Part shown: positions 19,381 to 33,110 of the stretch, one piece after another | Layout of the letters: each line of letters begins with the position of its first letter | Position numbering within the stretch: position 1 is the stretch's first letter | DNA from: the human T2T-CHM13v2.0 reference genome, Homo sapiens | Direction: 5' to 3' (one strand) | Length of the DNA: 64,000 nucleotides | Assembly: GCF_009914755.1 (NCBI RefSeq) | Contig: NC_060935.1 | Notes under the pieces: generated by a model | The model's input: the letters and a program-made list of their open reading frames with translations, nothing else | Told to the model about the DNA's origin: nothing | Database searches by the model: none | Translations under genes and position numbers: made by a program

Positions 19381-20079
19381 GACATGATAACAAGTAGACC
19401 AGATTCTACATAAGCAAATGTTTGACCTTTGCACTGAAAGAGGATACTACTTACTCCTCAACAGTGTGACAGACACACTCAGAGATGTTTTATGAGTTGC
19501 AATAAAAGGGTGTTCAAGAACATTCATACTGATTTTCATTCTTCCTGTAACTGAAGTATGCTTAGAATAATGAAACACAAAACTGTAGAGCTGGGGTGAA
19601 AAAAGTATGAGAAGAATTTAGTCAACTTTATTCTCCCCTCCCCTATCACCAACAGATGAGGGGAAAAAGTCCCAGTCATGGAAAGAATGGGTGACTCCAC
19701 CAGGGTCACATAGTGCTAGAGCAGGAGACTAGAATCCATTCTCTGTGTTTTCTCATCATACTCAGAACTATGTATCAGAAAACCAAAGGCAGTGACTCAT
19801 AATCCAGATGACATGGTGTACATGTAAGCATTAATTCAATATACATTAAACAGCTGGTCACTCCAGAATGGACATTTCTTTCTGTGGCTTTTCAACACTG
19901 GATGTGTACACTTTCTCAGGTAGCAGTAGACTCTTACCCTCTTTCCATCCAACTAAGAGTTGACCCATAGTCAAGTTGAGGCAAGACCTAAACCTGGAAC
20001 ACTCGGCAAATTAGACATTATGTGACAGGAGACCCTAAAGATTTATATATTTTTAATAATTTTATTTAATGAAACATTA

Positions 20080-20280
20080 TATAACAGTTACAATATGCCA
20101 AATACATTATAATATTAACTCATTTAATCCCCTATGAAGTCATCCCCATTTTACAGATGGATAAAGTGAGGCCTGAAGAGGTTAAGTAACTTGCCAAAGT
20201 TCTCACATCTGGTAAGAAGAAGGGCCAGGGTTCAAACCCAAAAAAGAATGGCTACAGAGTCCATACTTTCTTAACCACAA
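20080..20280 (-). mobile_element. MIR
   Basis: ccccattttacagatggataaagtgaggc...gttaagtaacttgcc core. Confidence 0.85.
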
Positions 20281-22224
20281 TAATATGAAGCTTCTCAATA
20301 ATAGTAATAATTGTTCTTCTGCTTCCCTAATATGTCTTTTTTTCAAGGTTCTGAAGGAAGGTCAATCATGTAATGCCAAAACTCTGAGAAATCCTAGCTT
20401 TCAAGTTGTATAGGGGAAGAGAGTATCTAGTTCAATATAGTAAGGATGTCGTAGGACAGACTGCTATCCCTATGAACAGGGGTGAGGAAGGGCAAATAAA
20501 CATGCACTAATGAGGTAGTGCTTTCCTGGTGCCAAAATGAAAGATACAATTGAATCATAACTGCAATTAGCAAATTAACCTAAAGTTGGAATTAAGAAAT
20601 TAAATGGATGTGCTGTTCTGTAGCTACAAAAATAAATTAATTTGACCCCATCAAAGCCCACTAGAATGTGGAGAGACTAAATTTAATCTCCTAAAGATTT
20701 CCTCCCAGAATCATACCACAAGAAAATTAGCACACTGCACCACAAACAGATGTATTTGATCATTTTTTAAATAGTATGAAAAGTAGTTTGAAAAGAATAA
20801 AGCAATATATGGGCCTGGAAACCTTTTGTCTAACAAAGTAATGAGTTTCATTTTGGTAAAAAATTTGCCAACTTTGCCACCTTATAAAGCAATTGCTGTC
20901 TCCTTTCCTTATATCTGAATTTTACAACTTTGAAAAATGTTCCTTGCAAGGAAAAAAAAGTGGGGTTTTGCAGGCTACTGGCAATCTTCAAGTATTAAAT
21001 TTCTACTTTGGTGTTCGCATCATATACCTTGGATCATTCACAGATCTCTCAAATAAAAACCTCACAACGTATTGTCCAAAACTGTAGGAATGGACCTTAT
21101 GTAGAGCCAATTGGCATGTTATGCAAGACAGCACATGGAACAGTGTTTGACATAGAATTTTTCTAAAATAACATGTCAGTATAGTTTATTGTAATTTTGA
21201 AAAGGTCTTAAAGATTTTTAAAAATTCCTCTAAAGTTCAAAATTTTATTTAAGTCTTATACCAAGAAACCATACCTAGGTATAGAAAGTTTATAAAATTC
21301 CAAAAAGTCTGGTAACTTCTCTTTTAAATTAATTTTTCCTTTAAGTGATATCAATTGTTATTACAACTACCTTAGAGTCTCAGCATGAGAGTGGCCTTTA
21401 TGAGGTCGTTGAGTTCATTCCCATTACTATATCTGAAAGGTCCACACTAAACTGTCACAGGTAAAGGCAGTTTTTCATTCTGTTATGAAAGAAGATTTTA
21501 CTACAATCCTCAGTAAACCACTGCAGAGTATAAATGTACTTCCTTCATTCGAAAGTATGATAAGCTATTATCCACTTTAGGCTAATACTGAAGTTATGAT
21601 GCTAACATGACAGAGGAAAAAGGAAGTGGAATAATGAGGAATTCGTAGAACACAATGGGGGATAGTCAGAGTAGGACAATGTGAGCATGGTGGTGTGTGG
21701 TCATGCACAACAGGAGTGAATGAACCCAAAGTGGAAGCCAGTTAGCAAATGGCTGCTTTCCTAATTACAAACGCCTTCTGACTGGGCTCCCTCACTCTAT
21801 TATCTGTACCCTAAACCAGCCAATTCTATATGTACCTAATCTTGACTCACAGCTTTGGCACATATAAAACTCCTAGAGCCTCTTCATCTTAAGTGACTGA
21901 GCAAAGCAGGTCAATCCTCCATGGTTCAAACCGTCATTTCCCAGAGTCATTCTAGGCATACTGAGAACCTCTACATAGGGAGAACTCAAAAGTTGTCAGG
22001 GTCTACCAAGAAGAAATCCAAAATATCCTGAGTTAATCCTGCTTTAGGTCAGACCTAGAAATATAATTGTCTTGCTAAAATAAATTTAACATTAGACTCT
22101 AGCAGGCTTCCAAATTCTCCATCTTTCATCTTTTTAATTTCCCATCTGCTATGGTCTTCAAAGAGTCTCTCTATGAGAATGTGTACTTCCTTCTGCTGTT
22201 ACTACTGCTACTACTACTAACAAT

Positions 22225-22920
22225 AATAAATAGCTTACATACATATGTAGCACTGATTATGTACTAGAGACTACTTTAAGAACTTTAGATATATAAGACT
22301 CATTTAGTTCTCCTTAAAATCCTATGAGGTAGGTATTATTATTATCATCTCTGGTTGAAAAACTTACCCAAGATCACACATAGCTAGTAAGGGGAAGTAC
22401 CAGGATTTAGACCTGGCAATTTGGTTTCAGAGTCTATGCACTAAGGTACTGTATCATATTCCTTTAAGACCAGACACCTGGGTTCTGGTCCTGTCTCTGA
22501 CATTAATCAACTATGTGACCTAGAGGAAGTTTTTGACTCAATTTCTGCTACTTAATGAGCCAGGATCAATGATCCACTTTTAGTTATACAATGCTGTGAT
22601 GATAAAGCAGGTGCTTTTTATTAACAAGCTTGACATTAATAGATGAGCCAGAAGGCTTGAGTCTTAAAAATTATATATCTATACATTATATAATGGAAGG
22701 GAAGAAGGGAAATAATAATAACTAAGTTAATATTCTAAGCATTTTTACTTATTTCCTCATTTTGTGTTCTATGATGTAAGCATTATGACCCATATTTTAC
22801 AGAGGAAAACATTGAGACTCAGAGATAAAGTAATTTATCCAAGGTCACACAGATAATCAGGATGGAGTGCCAACATTTAAATGCAACCAAAGACCAAGTA
22901 CTTTCTCTTATACCACAATT
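22225..22920. mobile_element. Cluster of MIR fragments
   Basis: Repeated MIR core motifs (ctatgaggtaggtattatt, cccaagatcacac, ttttacagaggaaaacattgag). Confidence 0.75.
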
Positions 22921-23734
22921 CTTCCCTGGTGTTGTCTGTCCCTCCTCTCAGCAGAGATTTAAAAAGTACCTAGCACAAAGTCTTGCAAACAGCCCAAACG
23001 CAATAAATTAACTTGGAGGTGGAGATGGAGATAGACAAATGAATATCAACTTAAAAGTGGTAACAGGTTGTTACCCAAAACAAAAGTGGATACATTTTTG
23101 TGCAATTTCCACAAGGTAGGCTGTTCACCATATCAAAATAATACATTTTTGAAGGGAAAGTTTGTATGACTTGAATTCATTCCTAAATAAACAATGAAGA
23201 AATACCATAACAATGCCAATATATATGAGATTTCTAAACCATATACATGAGCACTTGTGGCATTTTGCTGCATGAAATTACTTCCTAACAATAACAAAGA
23301 AACATTTTGTTAAAAAAAATCTCCATTTTCCCTATCAAGACTTTCACAAATGCCAATGAAAAAGCAAAGTGTCTTATACATTAAGGGAAGTCAGGAAAGT
23401 CAGAAACTACTGTGCTAACTTATTAAATTCCTCTTTTGGTTTGCAAATGGAGACATTAATTTATTCACTAATTCATCCAACAAATAATAACTGAACAGCA
23501 AGTATGTACAAGGTATTATTTTATTAATAAATGTGTGCTAGGACATTAGAGGAAACATGCATATAAGGAGATTCCAATGAAGTGTGATTGAGTGCTATGA
23601 TTAAAAGATATATAGGGTGGTTATCACACTATGCCCCATAAATATGTACAATTATTATGTGCCAATTTTTTTAAAAAGGTACTATTATGACTCCTATTTC
23701 ACAGATGAGGAAACTGAGGCTTGGAGTAACCAGT

Positions 23735-24075
23735 TGTTATAGTCTGAATGAGAGCGATCATCTTTATAGATTTTTAACTATACAATTCTCACCCAAGTTC
23801 AAATGCTGCAACTTAATTACCAGTGTGATAATATTAAGAGGTGAGGCTTTTGGAGGTGATTTAGTCATGAGGGCAGAGCCCTTATGAAGAGAATTAGCTC
23901 CCTTATAAAAGAAGTACAAGGGAGCTGTTTGCCCCTTCCGTCATGTGAGGACACAGTAAGAGATGCCATGTTAGAAGTGGAAAGCAGCCTTCACCAGGCA
24001 TGAAACCTGCCAGTGCCTTAATCTTGGACTTGCCAACCTTCAGAACTATGAACAATAAATGTCTAATACTTATAT
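23735..24075 (+). mobile_element. MLT1A/MST-type MaLR LTR fragment amid L2 and MIR remnants
   Basis: catgtgaggacacag, cttggacttgccaaccttcagaactatgaacaataaa. Confidence 0.7.
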
Positions 24076-24439
24076 ATAAAAAGATATATAGTGTGTTATA
24101 GGAACATGGATGTTATTTATGAAGAGTTAGAGGAGTTTTTGAAGGAAGTGACATTTGAGAGAAGGCTAGAGAGTATGATGTGTTTAGAAAACTGCAAACA
24201 TTAGAATTCAGAGTATATATACAGAAGTCTTGTTTTTGCTAACAGATTGATTTTATTAAATTAGTGAACCTTTAAAGTAACAGTATTCAGAAACTATTCA
24301 AAATTCTTTCTTAAAAAAGGGAAAATAACAGCTGGGTATATTAAAACAATGTTCATATTGATTATCTAGACATATTATTGGTACATACTAACATACTTTA
24401 ATTTCTTAGCATCTGAGTAGTATTTTTCTGAAAAATGTA

Positions 24440-25037
24440 AATTTGTTCAACTCCTATGAAAAATAGTATGGCAAATTTTCAAAGAACTTAAAATAGAAAT
24501 ACAATTCAACCCAGCAATCCCATTACTGGATATCTAAACAAAGGAAAAAAACTAGTTTTATCAAAAAGACTGCACTCTTATGTTTACTGAAGCACTATTT
24601 ACAATAGCAAAATCATGGAATCAACCTAAGTGTCTATCAACAGTGGATTAGATAAAGAAAATGTGCTACATATATACCATGGAATACTACGCAGACATAA
24701 GAAAGGATGAAGGATAAAATCATGTCCTTTGTAGCAACATGTATGCAGCTGGAGGCCATTATTCTAAGTAAATTAACACAGAAAAAGAAAACCCAATACT
24801 GTATGTTCTCACATATAAGTGGGAGGAAACAATGGGAACACATGGACAGAAACATGAAAACAAAAGACACTAGGGACTCCAAAAGAAGAGAGGGAAGTGG
24901 GGGGCAAGTCTTGAAAAACTACTACTGGGTACCACATTCACTGTTTGTGTGATGGGTTCAATAGAAGCTCAAACCCTAGCACCATGCAATGTAACACATA
25001 CGCACATGTACCCCCCTGAATCTAAAATTTAAAAAAT
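24440..25037 (+). mobile_element. L1PB/L1MA 3' end
   Basis: ORF2 C-terminus remnant (MQLEAIILSKLTQ) and 3'UTR ending ccccctgaatctaaaa. Confidence 0.85.
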
Positions 25038-27007
25038 GAAGTTGAGGCTTTTATCACCGAAAAATTATATGAAACAATAAAATTAAGATCATATTGGAAA
25101 ATACACAGTCTTCTGGGAAATCTTTTTGATTTGTTGTATTCAACAAATAATTATATGACCATAAAATTAGAAGAAGTTTAACAAATAACATATTTCAACA
25201 CTTTCATTTTATTTTTAAGAAAACTAAACCCTTTAACATATGTGCTCAGAGTCTTAACACAAGGATGATTACCACACAATGTTAGATCATCTTTAAACAC
25301 AGAAGTGAACACTACTGTGTCAAAGAGAAAAAGTAGTTGACTGCAGCTATGTAACCACTCACCTTAGAAAACCTGTAACCTTCTCAGCATGAAAGATGTC
25401 TGTCACATTTCCTAATATAATAATTACTTAGAGAAACCACCTCCAGCAGCTCTGAATGGTGCCACATTAAAAAAAAATGTTAAAATCTATGAACTGCCTC
25501 TCCTTATGTACTCTAAGCATTCACCAAAGAACACCGGAGATAAAACTACCTTTAACACATAAATACAGTTAACTCATCAGTTAATTTAAATCTTTCTTCC
25601 TCTTTAAATCCAGCTCTTGTTCATTAAATTATTTTTAAAAAGGATTCTTTGAAATCTCCTGCAGATTTAGATACAAGCTTTGTCATCTACAAGTCATTAA
25701 TTACTAAGTAACAACTATGGGACAATAGTAAAAGTAGTAAGGTTCTACAGCAATGCCAAAATCAAATATAGATGTAATTCAAAAAATATAAAATGTCAAT
25801 AAATAAAACACTATTTCTTTGCTGTCTGCCCAAACACTGCCCACAAATCTTTTGCAGTCTAGTTCTCATGTTACATTTCAAGAGATAGAAACGATTTTGG
25901 GGGAAGGCTACGAGAATTTTGCTGTATAAAGTACCACTTGAACTAGATGTGTTATCATCTTGGACTTCAGAAATTTCTCATATTTCTGGAGTATAATGGA
26001 TAGAAAAGCAAAATTCTATTTGCAAAAATTTGCATTATTTGTAACAACTTTGGAAAAAGTTAGAAGTACATCACTGAATATTACTATTTAGTTTTATACT
26101 ATAAAATTTATTTAAGTTTTAACTATAGGATTTATTTAAAACAGCAAGCTCATTAATAATTCAAAAAATCTGATTTATGTAACTTTTCAGGAACATACAT
26201 TATAAAAAAGTGGACAAAATTCAAAGACTTTCTTGAATGTTTATTATAATAAGATTTGATCTCCAAGTTTTAAAAAAAACTGCAAGAGACTTGAAAAGAA
26301 CTAATACATCTATATTTAAATGAGAATTTAAACATGAGGGAAAACAAAAATCTGAATCACTTCTGAACAGGCAAGAATTTAAAAGGAAATACAAATGATT
26401 AATAGTAGTTACCCCTGGGGATGGAGTAGAGAATTTACTTTTTGTTTTATACATGTCCATATTGTTTTCTTTTATAACAAATATGTATTACTTTTGTCAA
26501 TTGTAAATACTTCCTTAAAACTCTTATCTTGTATTCCTTTTTTATAAGCAAATCAACATAAAAGCATTCTTTTATATCATGCAACAGTGGTCCTCCACCA
26601 AGCATTCATTAGAATCCTATAGATAACAGTATTATATTCTATACTTAAAAATCTATAAAGATGATAGCTCTCATGTTAAGTGTTCCTACAATTTTAAAAA
26701 AGAGTGCACAGAATTAACTATGGATTTGAAAAATATGCTGATATCTGTATCCCACTCCAGAATACCGAATTAGAAAGGCTTAGGAATCACTAAACTAGAG
26801 GACCCTTTCAGGTTCTTTCCAATCCTGAAATTGTATTGCTTACAAATATTTTGCATACCTTCAGAGTACAAGCACCAAGAGCTACACAAAGTAAAAGCAT
26901 AATCTCATCTTTATAAGATTATGAGAGAGGTGAAGGTCCTGTTCCCTAGCATTATGCACCCTAATTACTGATCTAGAGAAACTTCCAGGAAATTAACTGA
27001 AGATTAA

Positions 27008-27340
<333 letters not shown>

Positions 27341-27586
27341 AAACAAACTTTTTTCCTTACAGTTATTTTGAAACAAAACTCATCATATTTTGCTACTACT
27401 AAGAATCTGGGAGAACTGGCTCTAATGTAAGCACCAATTCTTGAAGAAGTGATAGGGAGGCAGTATGGGGAAGGGCATTGTTGTATATTATTATATTGGT
27501 TCTCAACTTAAAACAATGAGAAGTGGCATTTTTCAGTGAGTCAGGTAAGTGTTAGCATTTTCCCTAGCATGGCACTTCATCTGTAT

Positions 27587-28297
27587 CAGTAGTTCTTGAT
27601 TCTATTAAACCCAATGACCCTTTGTTATATAAAAGTCTATATATATGTTTAAATTCCTCTTTTTATATCCTGAAATGAAATTCACAGGTATTTTTAAAAA
27701 GTTGAAAATAATAAAACACTCTAACGGTAACATAAAGAAAAAAATGAAAATAGTTCTTAATAAAGTATGTATTTCAATAAGTACATGCTCAGACATGATT
27801 ATACTAAAGACAATTAAGTAGTCAGATGCTTACAACTAGTTACAATTAATATATTCAAATTTAAGAGAAGTCAGATAAGAAATTTCATGTAACAAGCACA
27901 GAAAAATGAAGCCCAGTAATTTTTAGAAATGGTTCCAAACAATACAAAGTACAATTATCTCTTGACGTACAAGGTAGCTACATTTCTGAAAAATTTAGTA
28001 TTCATTGAAATGTATAAAAATACTTTGTGCTTATATATAAAATAGGTTACAGGCATAGATAATTATATAAAGATATTTTCCCCCTTCGTGCATATGTTAT
28101 ATAGGGGACTTTCAAAAGCTATGCAGGAACCCACCATTCTTCTCTACGCAGGATATTCTGTGCTTTCCATGATGCCTAGTATCCCTGGCTGCTGCCACTA
28201 AATCACTGACCAAACATAAATGTTCCCCAAAATTCCAAAGTGTTCCCTAGAGGTTAGTAACACCCCCTCCTCCCCCCGCCCCCAATGTGAACCACTG
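27587..28297. mobile_element. MER20B-like hAT element
   Basis: cagtagttc / gaaccactg TIRs; MER20-like right end; degenerate 8-bp TSD atctgtat/gtctgcat. Confidence 0.68.
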
Positions 28298-28952
28298 GTC
28301 TGCATGAACTTTCAGTACCTGCATGTATACTTATTGCAGATTCTCACCCTGGAGTAGATTGGGGGAAGATGACTGCTGGTTCCTGATCTAAGGCTAAAGC
28401 TTCTATAAGGACTACTTTTAAGTGAAAAACCTTAGTACACTTCATACTCACAAGCTTCCAGTAAAAAATTTTACCCAAAACTGTGTATTTGTTAAAAACT
28501 TAGTTAAAAAATAAACAATAAATTTATTTTTACATCTATAGTAGAGAATTAAAGACATCTATACTGATTAATTCTGTTTCCTCTATCCACCTCCCCTAAA
28601 AAAAAATACTGTCCCTTGAGGTTTCTAGATAACCAGTGTTAAACTGTGAAGATACAACCATTCTCTTTTATTCACACTAAAGGATACACTGATGCAAACA
28701 ATGCAAAAGTCATTTACGTATGACACTGAAATATATTACCGTATTTTTATTTGGCAGAACGGCTTCCTAATTAAATTTTGATTAGGCATCTATTAAAAGG
28801 AGTTTACATTTCTTGATCAACCCAATGACTAAAGTGTATGTCTTCTGGGGGTAGGTGAGAAAAACTACTGAGTCTGAGAACTTGCTATGTGCTCGGAAGA
28901 AAGTGACGTGAGTGTTTTTGTACATGTCACTTGTTGGGATTTGGATATATAA

Positions 28953-29257
<305 letters not shown>

Positions 29258-29591
29258 TCATATAGATTTTATGTTAAATTAGCACAATTTGAAGATATGT
29301 CATAGATATATCCTTGCTTTAAATAAAGTTGGTGAAGCCTTCACTTTACCTAAAAGGATTCACAACTTAAAGAAAAATCATTGTAACATTCCTTTGAACA
29401 TAAAAACTCTTACGAGTTAAAATGCCATTTAAAAATTAATGAATTAATGAATATTTGAATTTGAAAAAATTAGTGAATAAATTAATGAATATTTGAATTT
29501 CAAAAAAATTAACGAATAAATTAATGAATAAAATAATAATGACTATTCAATTTCAACACATTATGAAAGACTCTTAAAATGTCTATTGAAA

Positions 29592-29971
29592 TGTTACAGT
29601 AGGTAGCTAGTCAGGTGTGAGCAGGGCAGGAAAAGGCTCCCCGCAACACACACCAGGAGTATTGGGTGACCATCAGTTGATGGTCGGTGGTTGTTAACCA
29701 TTTCGCTAAAGTATTAATTGGTCACAGCTGGCACCGGGGAAAGGCGGTCTCATAATAGACAGAAAACACCTGAATCTGATCAGCAGCTTCCCAGTGAGAT
29801 CCCAGAAGTATGCCAACATACAAAATCCCCCACATCAAGAGGTCAAGCTGCGTACTTGTCTTCTCAAGTCGCCTGCTTGGCCCTCTTTCAAGTTGTACTT
29901 TCCTTCCTTTCCTTCCTGTTCTAAATCTTTTTAATAAGCTTTCGCTCCTGCTCTGCAAAAAAAAAAAAAAA
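29592..29971 (+). mobile_element. MER50 (ERV1) LTR U3-R with poly(A) tail, no U5
   Basis: Starts tgttacagtaggtagctagtcag; ends aataag...ctcctgctctgc then A15; 12-bp flanking duplication aaaatgtctatt. Confidence 0.85.
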
Positions 29972-30542
29972 TGTCTATTTCAATGTCCATTGAAATAGCA
30001 ATTAGCCTCCATTGGTGAAATGACTCTGTTAACAGGTATTTAGCTGATTTTTCCACTTTGAATTTCACTAATTTAACTAATAATGCCTAAAATCAATCAA
30101 TATTCCATTTTAAAAAATAATCATAATATGGTTATCTTCCTTCACATCTAAAGTTGGTAAGAAAAACTGCCTTATCCATGCACAGCCATCACTTTGTGTT
30201 GATTTAAAAATATGCAAAGTTTTGTGCAAAACAAAACATTCATTTTTCAGTATTTTGATTTCTATTTTATAAGTAAACTTTGTTAAAATGTGGAACTTGC
30301 AAGTTTATATACTTTTGAGGGTGAAATTCACTTTTGAATCAGTTTTAAAGCAACTGAGCATATATACCAGCTAGGCACTATTAACCTCAGAACAAAAGTT
30401 GTATTTTCTACTCTTAAACAGAATTCTGGTGCTGATAACAAACAACCTCTACACATTAAAGAATATGTGATCTGAAAAACTCTTCATCTAATATAAACTT
30501 CCAAGCACATACTGAATGTGTAATACAAAGCTTTGCACTTAC

Positions 30543-30625
30543 CTGGTAGTAGGCCGTTTTTGTAGGGCTTTATCCAGGATAAGAGATGGAGCGCTCCTCC
30601 TCCTTTCTGCTAGTGTTTTCATTTT
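30543..30625 (-). CDS. ARHGAP20: ARHGAP20 common exon 2 (KMKTLAERRRSAPSLILDKALQKRPTTR)
   Basis: 83 nt; acceptor tttcatcaacag|AAAATG, donor ACCAG|gtaagt (phase 2); continues exon 1 in frame and matches the recalled protein sequence. Confidence 0.96.
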
Positions 30626-30904
30626 CTGTTGATGAAACAAACCAAAATGAAGACCACATGGCTTGTAAGGCAAGACAATGTTGATTTTTTTTTAAATCCA
30701 ATTTAACAAGTTTTGCATTGCCTATCTTTGTCTGTCAAGGAGCCTACAGTTTCATTATGGAGATAAAACTGTAACATCTAAAATAGGATAGTTAAAAAAA
30801 AAACAGGACAGTAAGTGTCAAAAAGTGGTAAAAGCAATAAGTATTTTTTGTGGTCAGAGAATAAAGAGGTTAAATGTTTACCAGAATATTTGGGAGAAAC
30901 ACCA

Positions 30905-31055
30905 TCATAACCATTATTACTGGTTATCATGTGTCTGGCTCTATGCTAAAGGCTGGACATGGATTACCTTATTTATTATAATCCAAAATGTCATCCGGGT
31001 AGATACTACTATCTTTATTTCACAGGCAAATTTGGCTTCAAGAAAAGACAAGTAA
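30905..31055 (-). mobile_element. MIR (sense to ARHGAP20) hosting the alternative exon
   Basis: Colinear with the reverse-complemented MIR consensus (ccattattactgg...tgtgtctggctctatgctaa...gtagatactactatctttatttcacag). Confidence 0.7.
30968..30994 (-). CDS. ARHGAP20: ARHGAP20 alternative coding segment (MTFWIIINK) in MIR-derived exon 30968-31035
   Basis: ATG ACA TTT TGG ATT ATA ATA AAT AAG|gtaatc (phase 0); upstream acceptor ttttttcctctcctttacttgtcttttcttgaag| before 31035; recalled as an isoform N-terminus. Confidence 0.72.
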
Positions 31056-32639
31056 AGGAGAGGAAAAAACAGTTAAAGCAAAAGCACAGAGACTAGATTT
31101 TTGCATAAATATTAACACACTTGGGAATCCCTTCTTCCAAATAGACTTTTTTAAAACTGTAACTTCAAACAATAAAAAAATCTTTTTTTCTAGGTGGTAT
31201 ATAAATATAAGACGGTGGTAATCTGTTCCAGTGACCTAAAGTTGCAGTAAATGAAGTTTATTCGACTTGAATTATTCAGATAATTACTCTCTAAATTTAG
31301 TCTTATATATTTAACACATCTAGATACAGCCACTAGAAGCAGATGAGTAAAATTAACCATATATAGTCACAAACAGCCATGAGCGAAGTTCAGGCTGTAT
31401 TATCAAAGCCGTTCTTCTCACCCTATATCTCTATACCCTTTCATCCCATATCCCTCTCACCCTGTATCCTCGCCAAAGGTGTTACCCACTACCTCTAGGC
31501 CAGTCATGCTTGGGAACTGGATGTTGCTCCAATGGGAACCATATAAAACTAGGCAGCTCAGTGTCGGTATCCTATTATGTGATTCATAAAGGAATTGCTT
31601 GTAGTTTTTAAAGTAAAACAATGATCTTAGCATAGGAATAAAGAAAGAATCATCCAGTGAGAAGAGGATGCTAGACTTCTTTGGCACAATTCTTATCCCA
31701 CAAATTCTCCATGCTCCTAGGGATCTCTCCCAAATTATTGTCACCACTGCTCTGGCCTCGGTGTTGCTATTCCACTTGTTAATCTTTTGGCTCACATGTG
31801 GAAGCTATAGGCACAAATCTCCTTAGCACAGCTGAGACAACAGCTGGAATAATTATGTAAAACATTAATAAATGACAGGAAACACATGGGTTAAAAATAG
31901 ATAACATCAAACATCTCAATTGGGAGTTATTAACCACAAATCAATTTCAGGCCAGGTTACTTATATAAAAATTTTTTGCATGATGTATATGTGATGTCTT
32001 CCTTCTAGAGAAACAGCCCGGAGTTATCATCGGATTCCCAGAAAAGTCGAATCCTTTCCAACACTGGTGATTTCAATAACCTAGTTTATATATTATAGCG
32101 TGCAAGCCCCATCTCACTGTTTCCATTACTCACACCTCTTAGGAACATAATCCTCAGGAATCTAATATCCTTAGGCTAGTGTGACTGCAGAGGTTACAAG
32201 GAGAAAGGAAAACTGGGAGATAAGCATTTGTATTGCAAGGTACAGCAGCACTTCCTCATGTGAAGAGTCTCAATACTGAAAGATTGGATTGATTTTACTA
32301 AGAAAAGTGGCAGTTTGTTCATATCCATCAAGCTATGTTCCAGATTTTTTGCAGGGTTCTGTTTCACCTTCAGGCCTGGAATTAATTCCTACTCTCTATC
32401 CTGATTCTCTTTACAGGACCAATTTACTACTTTGAAGTGTGAAATGTACCCACTCTTGTAAGCTTTACCTTTGTCCCTCACACCCTCTGTCTGCTTTGAC
32501 CTTGAGGATCTGCCATTCAGCAGCTTTACATCTGCTTTCTCTAACCTTCTGAAATCACTGTCAGCAGATCCAAGATTCTAAACTAGATCTTCATTAGTAC
32601 ATAGTTTCTAATTCTGAGCTCCTTGGCTTTCAGGTTTAT

Positions 32640-33110
32640 GAAGAATTTGGAAAAGATTCAAAAGACAGTGTAAAATGACTTAAAATGTGAAGAAAAAGAG
32701 CCTATGAAACAGGATAAAATGATCTGAGATTCTTCATTTAGAAACAGTAATAATCTCAAAATTAATGCAGAACTATAATGTGGAGGAAAGTTAGCATCTT
32801 CCAAGGAAGATGAGGCAAAAAGAAATGAGGAGAAACATGGAATGAAAATCCAGGTTGACCTTGGGTAGTGGTTTGTTGAGAAATCTATAAAAGTTGTGAA
32901 CTAAATTTTGCATGCAACTTCAGGGGTTCAGAACCCCCATGAAATGGATTCCTTAGGGATTTATGAACCGCAAGTTAAGAAACTTTCTGATGTAAGAAAA
33001 TCCTCCCAAGAATGATAGCTGTTAAACATGAGAATGGATAATCAAAGAAGGGTGACAAATTTTGTTCTGAAAAGGTGCTTTTGAAATGGGTGTTTTTCAT
33101 GGAAATCTAC
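32640..33110 (+). mobile_element. L3/CR1-like remnant with a small hAT MITE-like insert (~32865-32980)
   Basis: Weak similarity to the CR1 3' region (ttggaaaagattcaaaag, gctgttaaacatgagaatgg). Confidence 0.45.

Noticed and set aside
25357-25426. Consensus donor AAG|gtgagt at 25363 (similar TAG|gtaagt near 34100) as hidden exons
   Set aside because: Isolated consensus donors are common in long introns; acceptors are weak and the candidate exon contains a stop codon.
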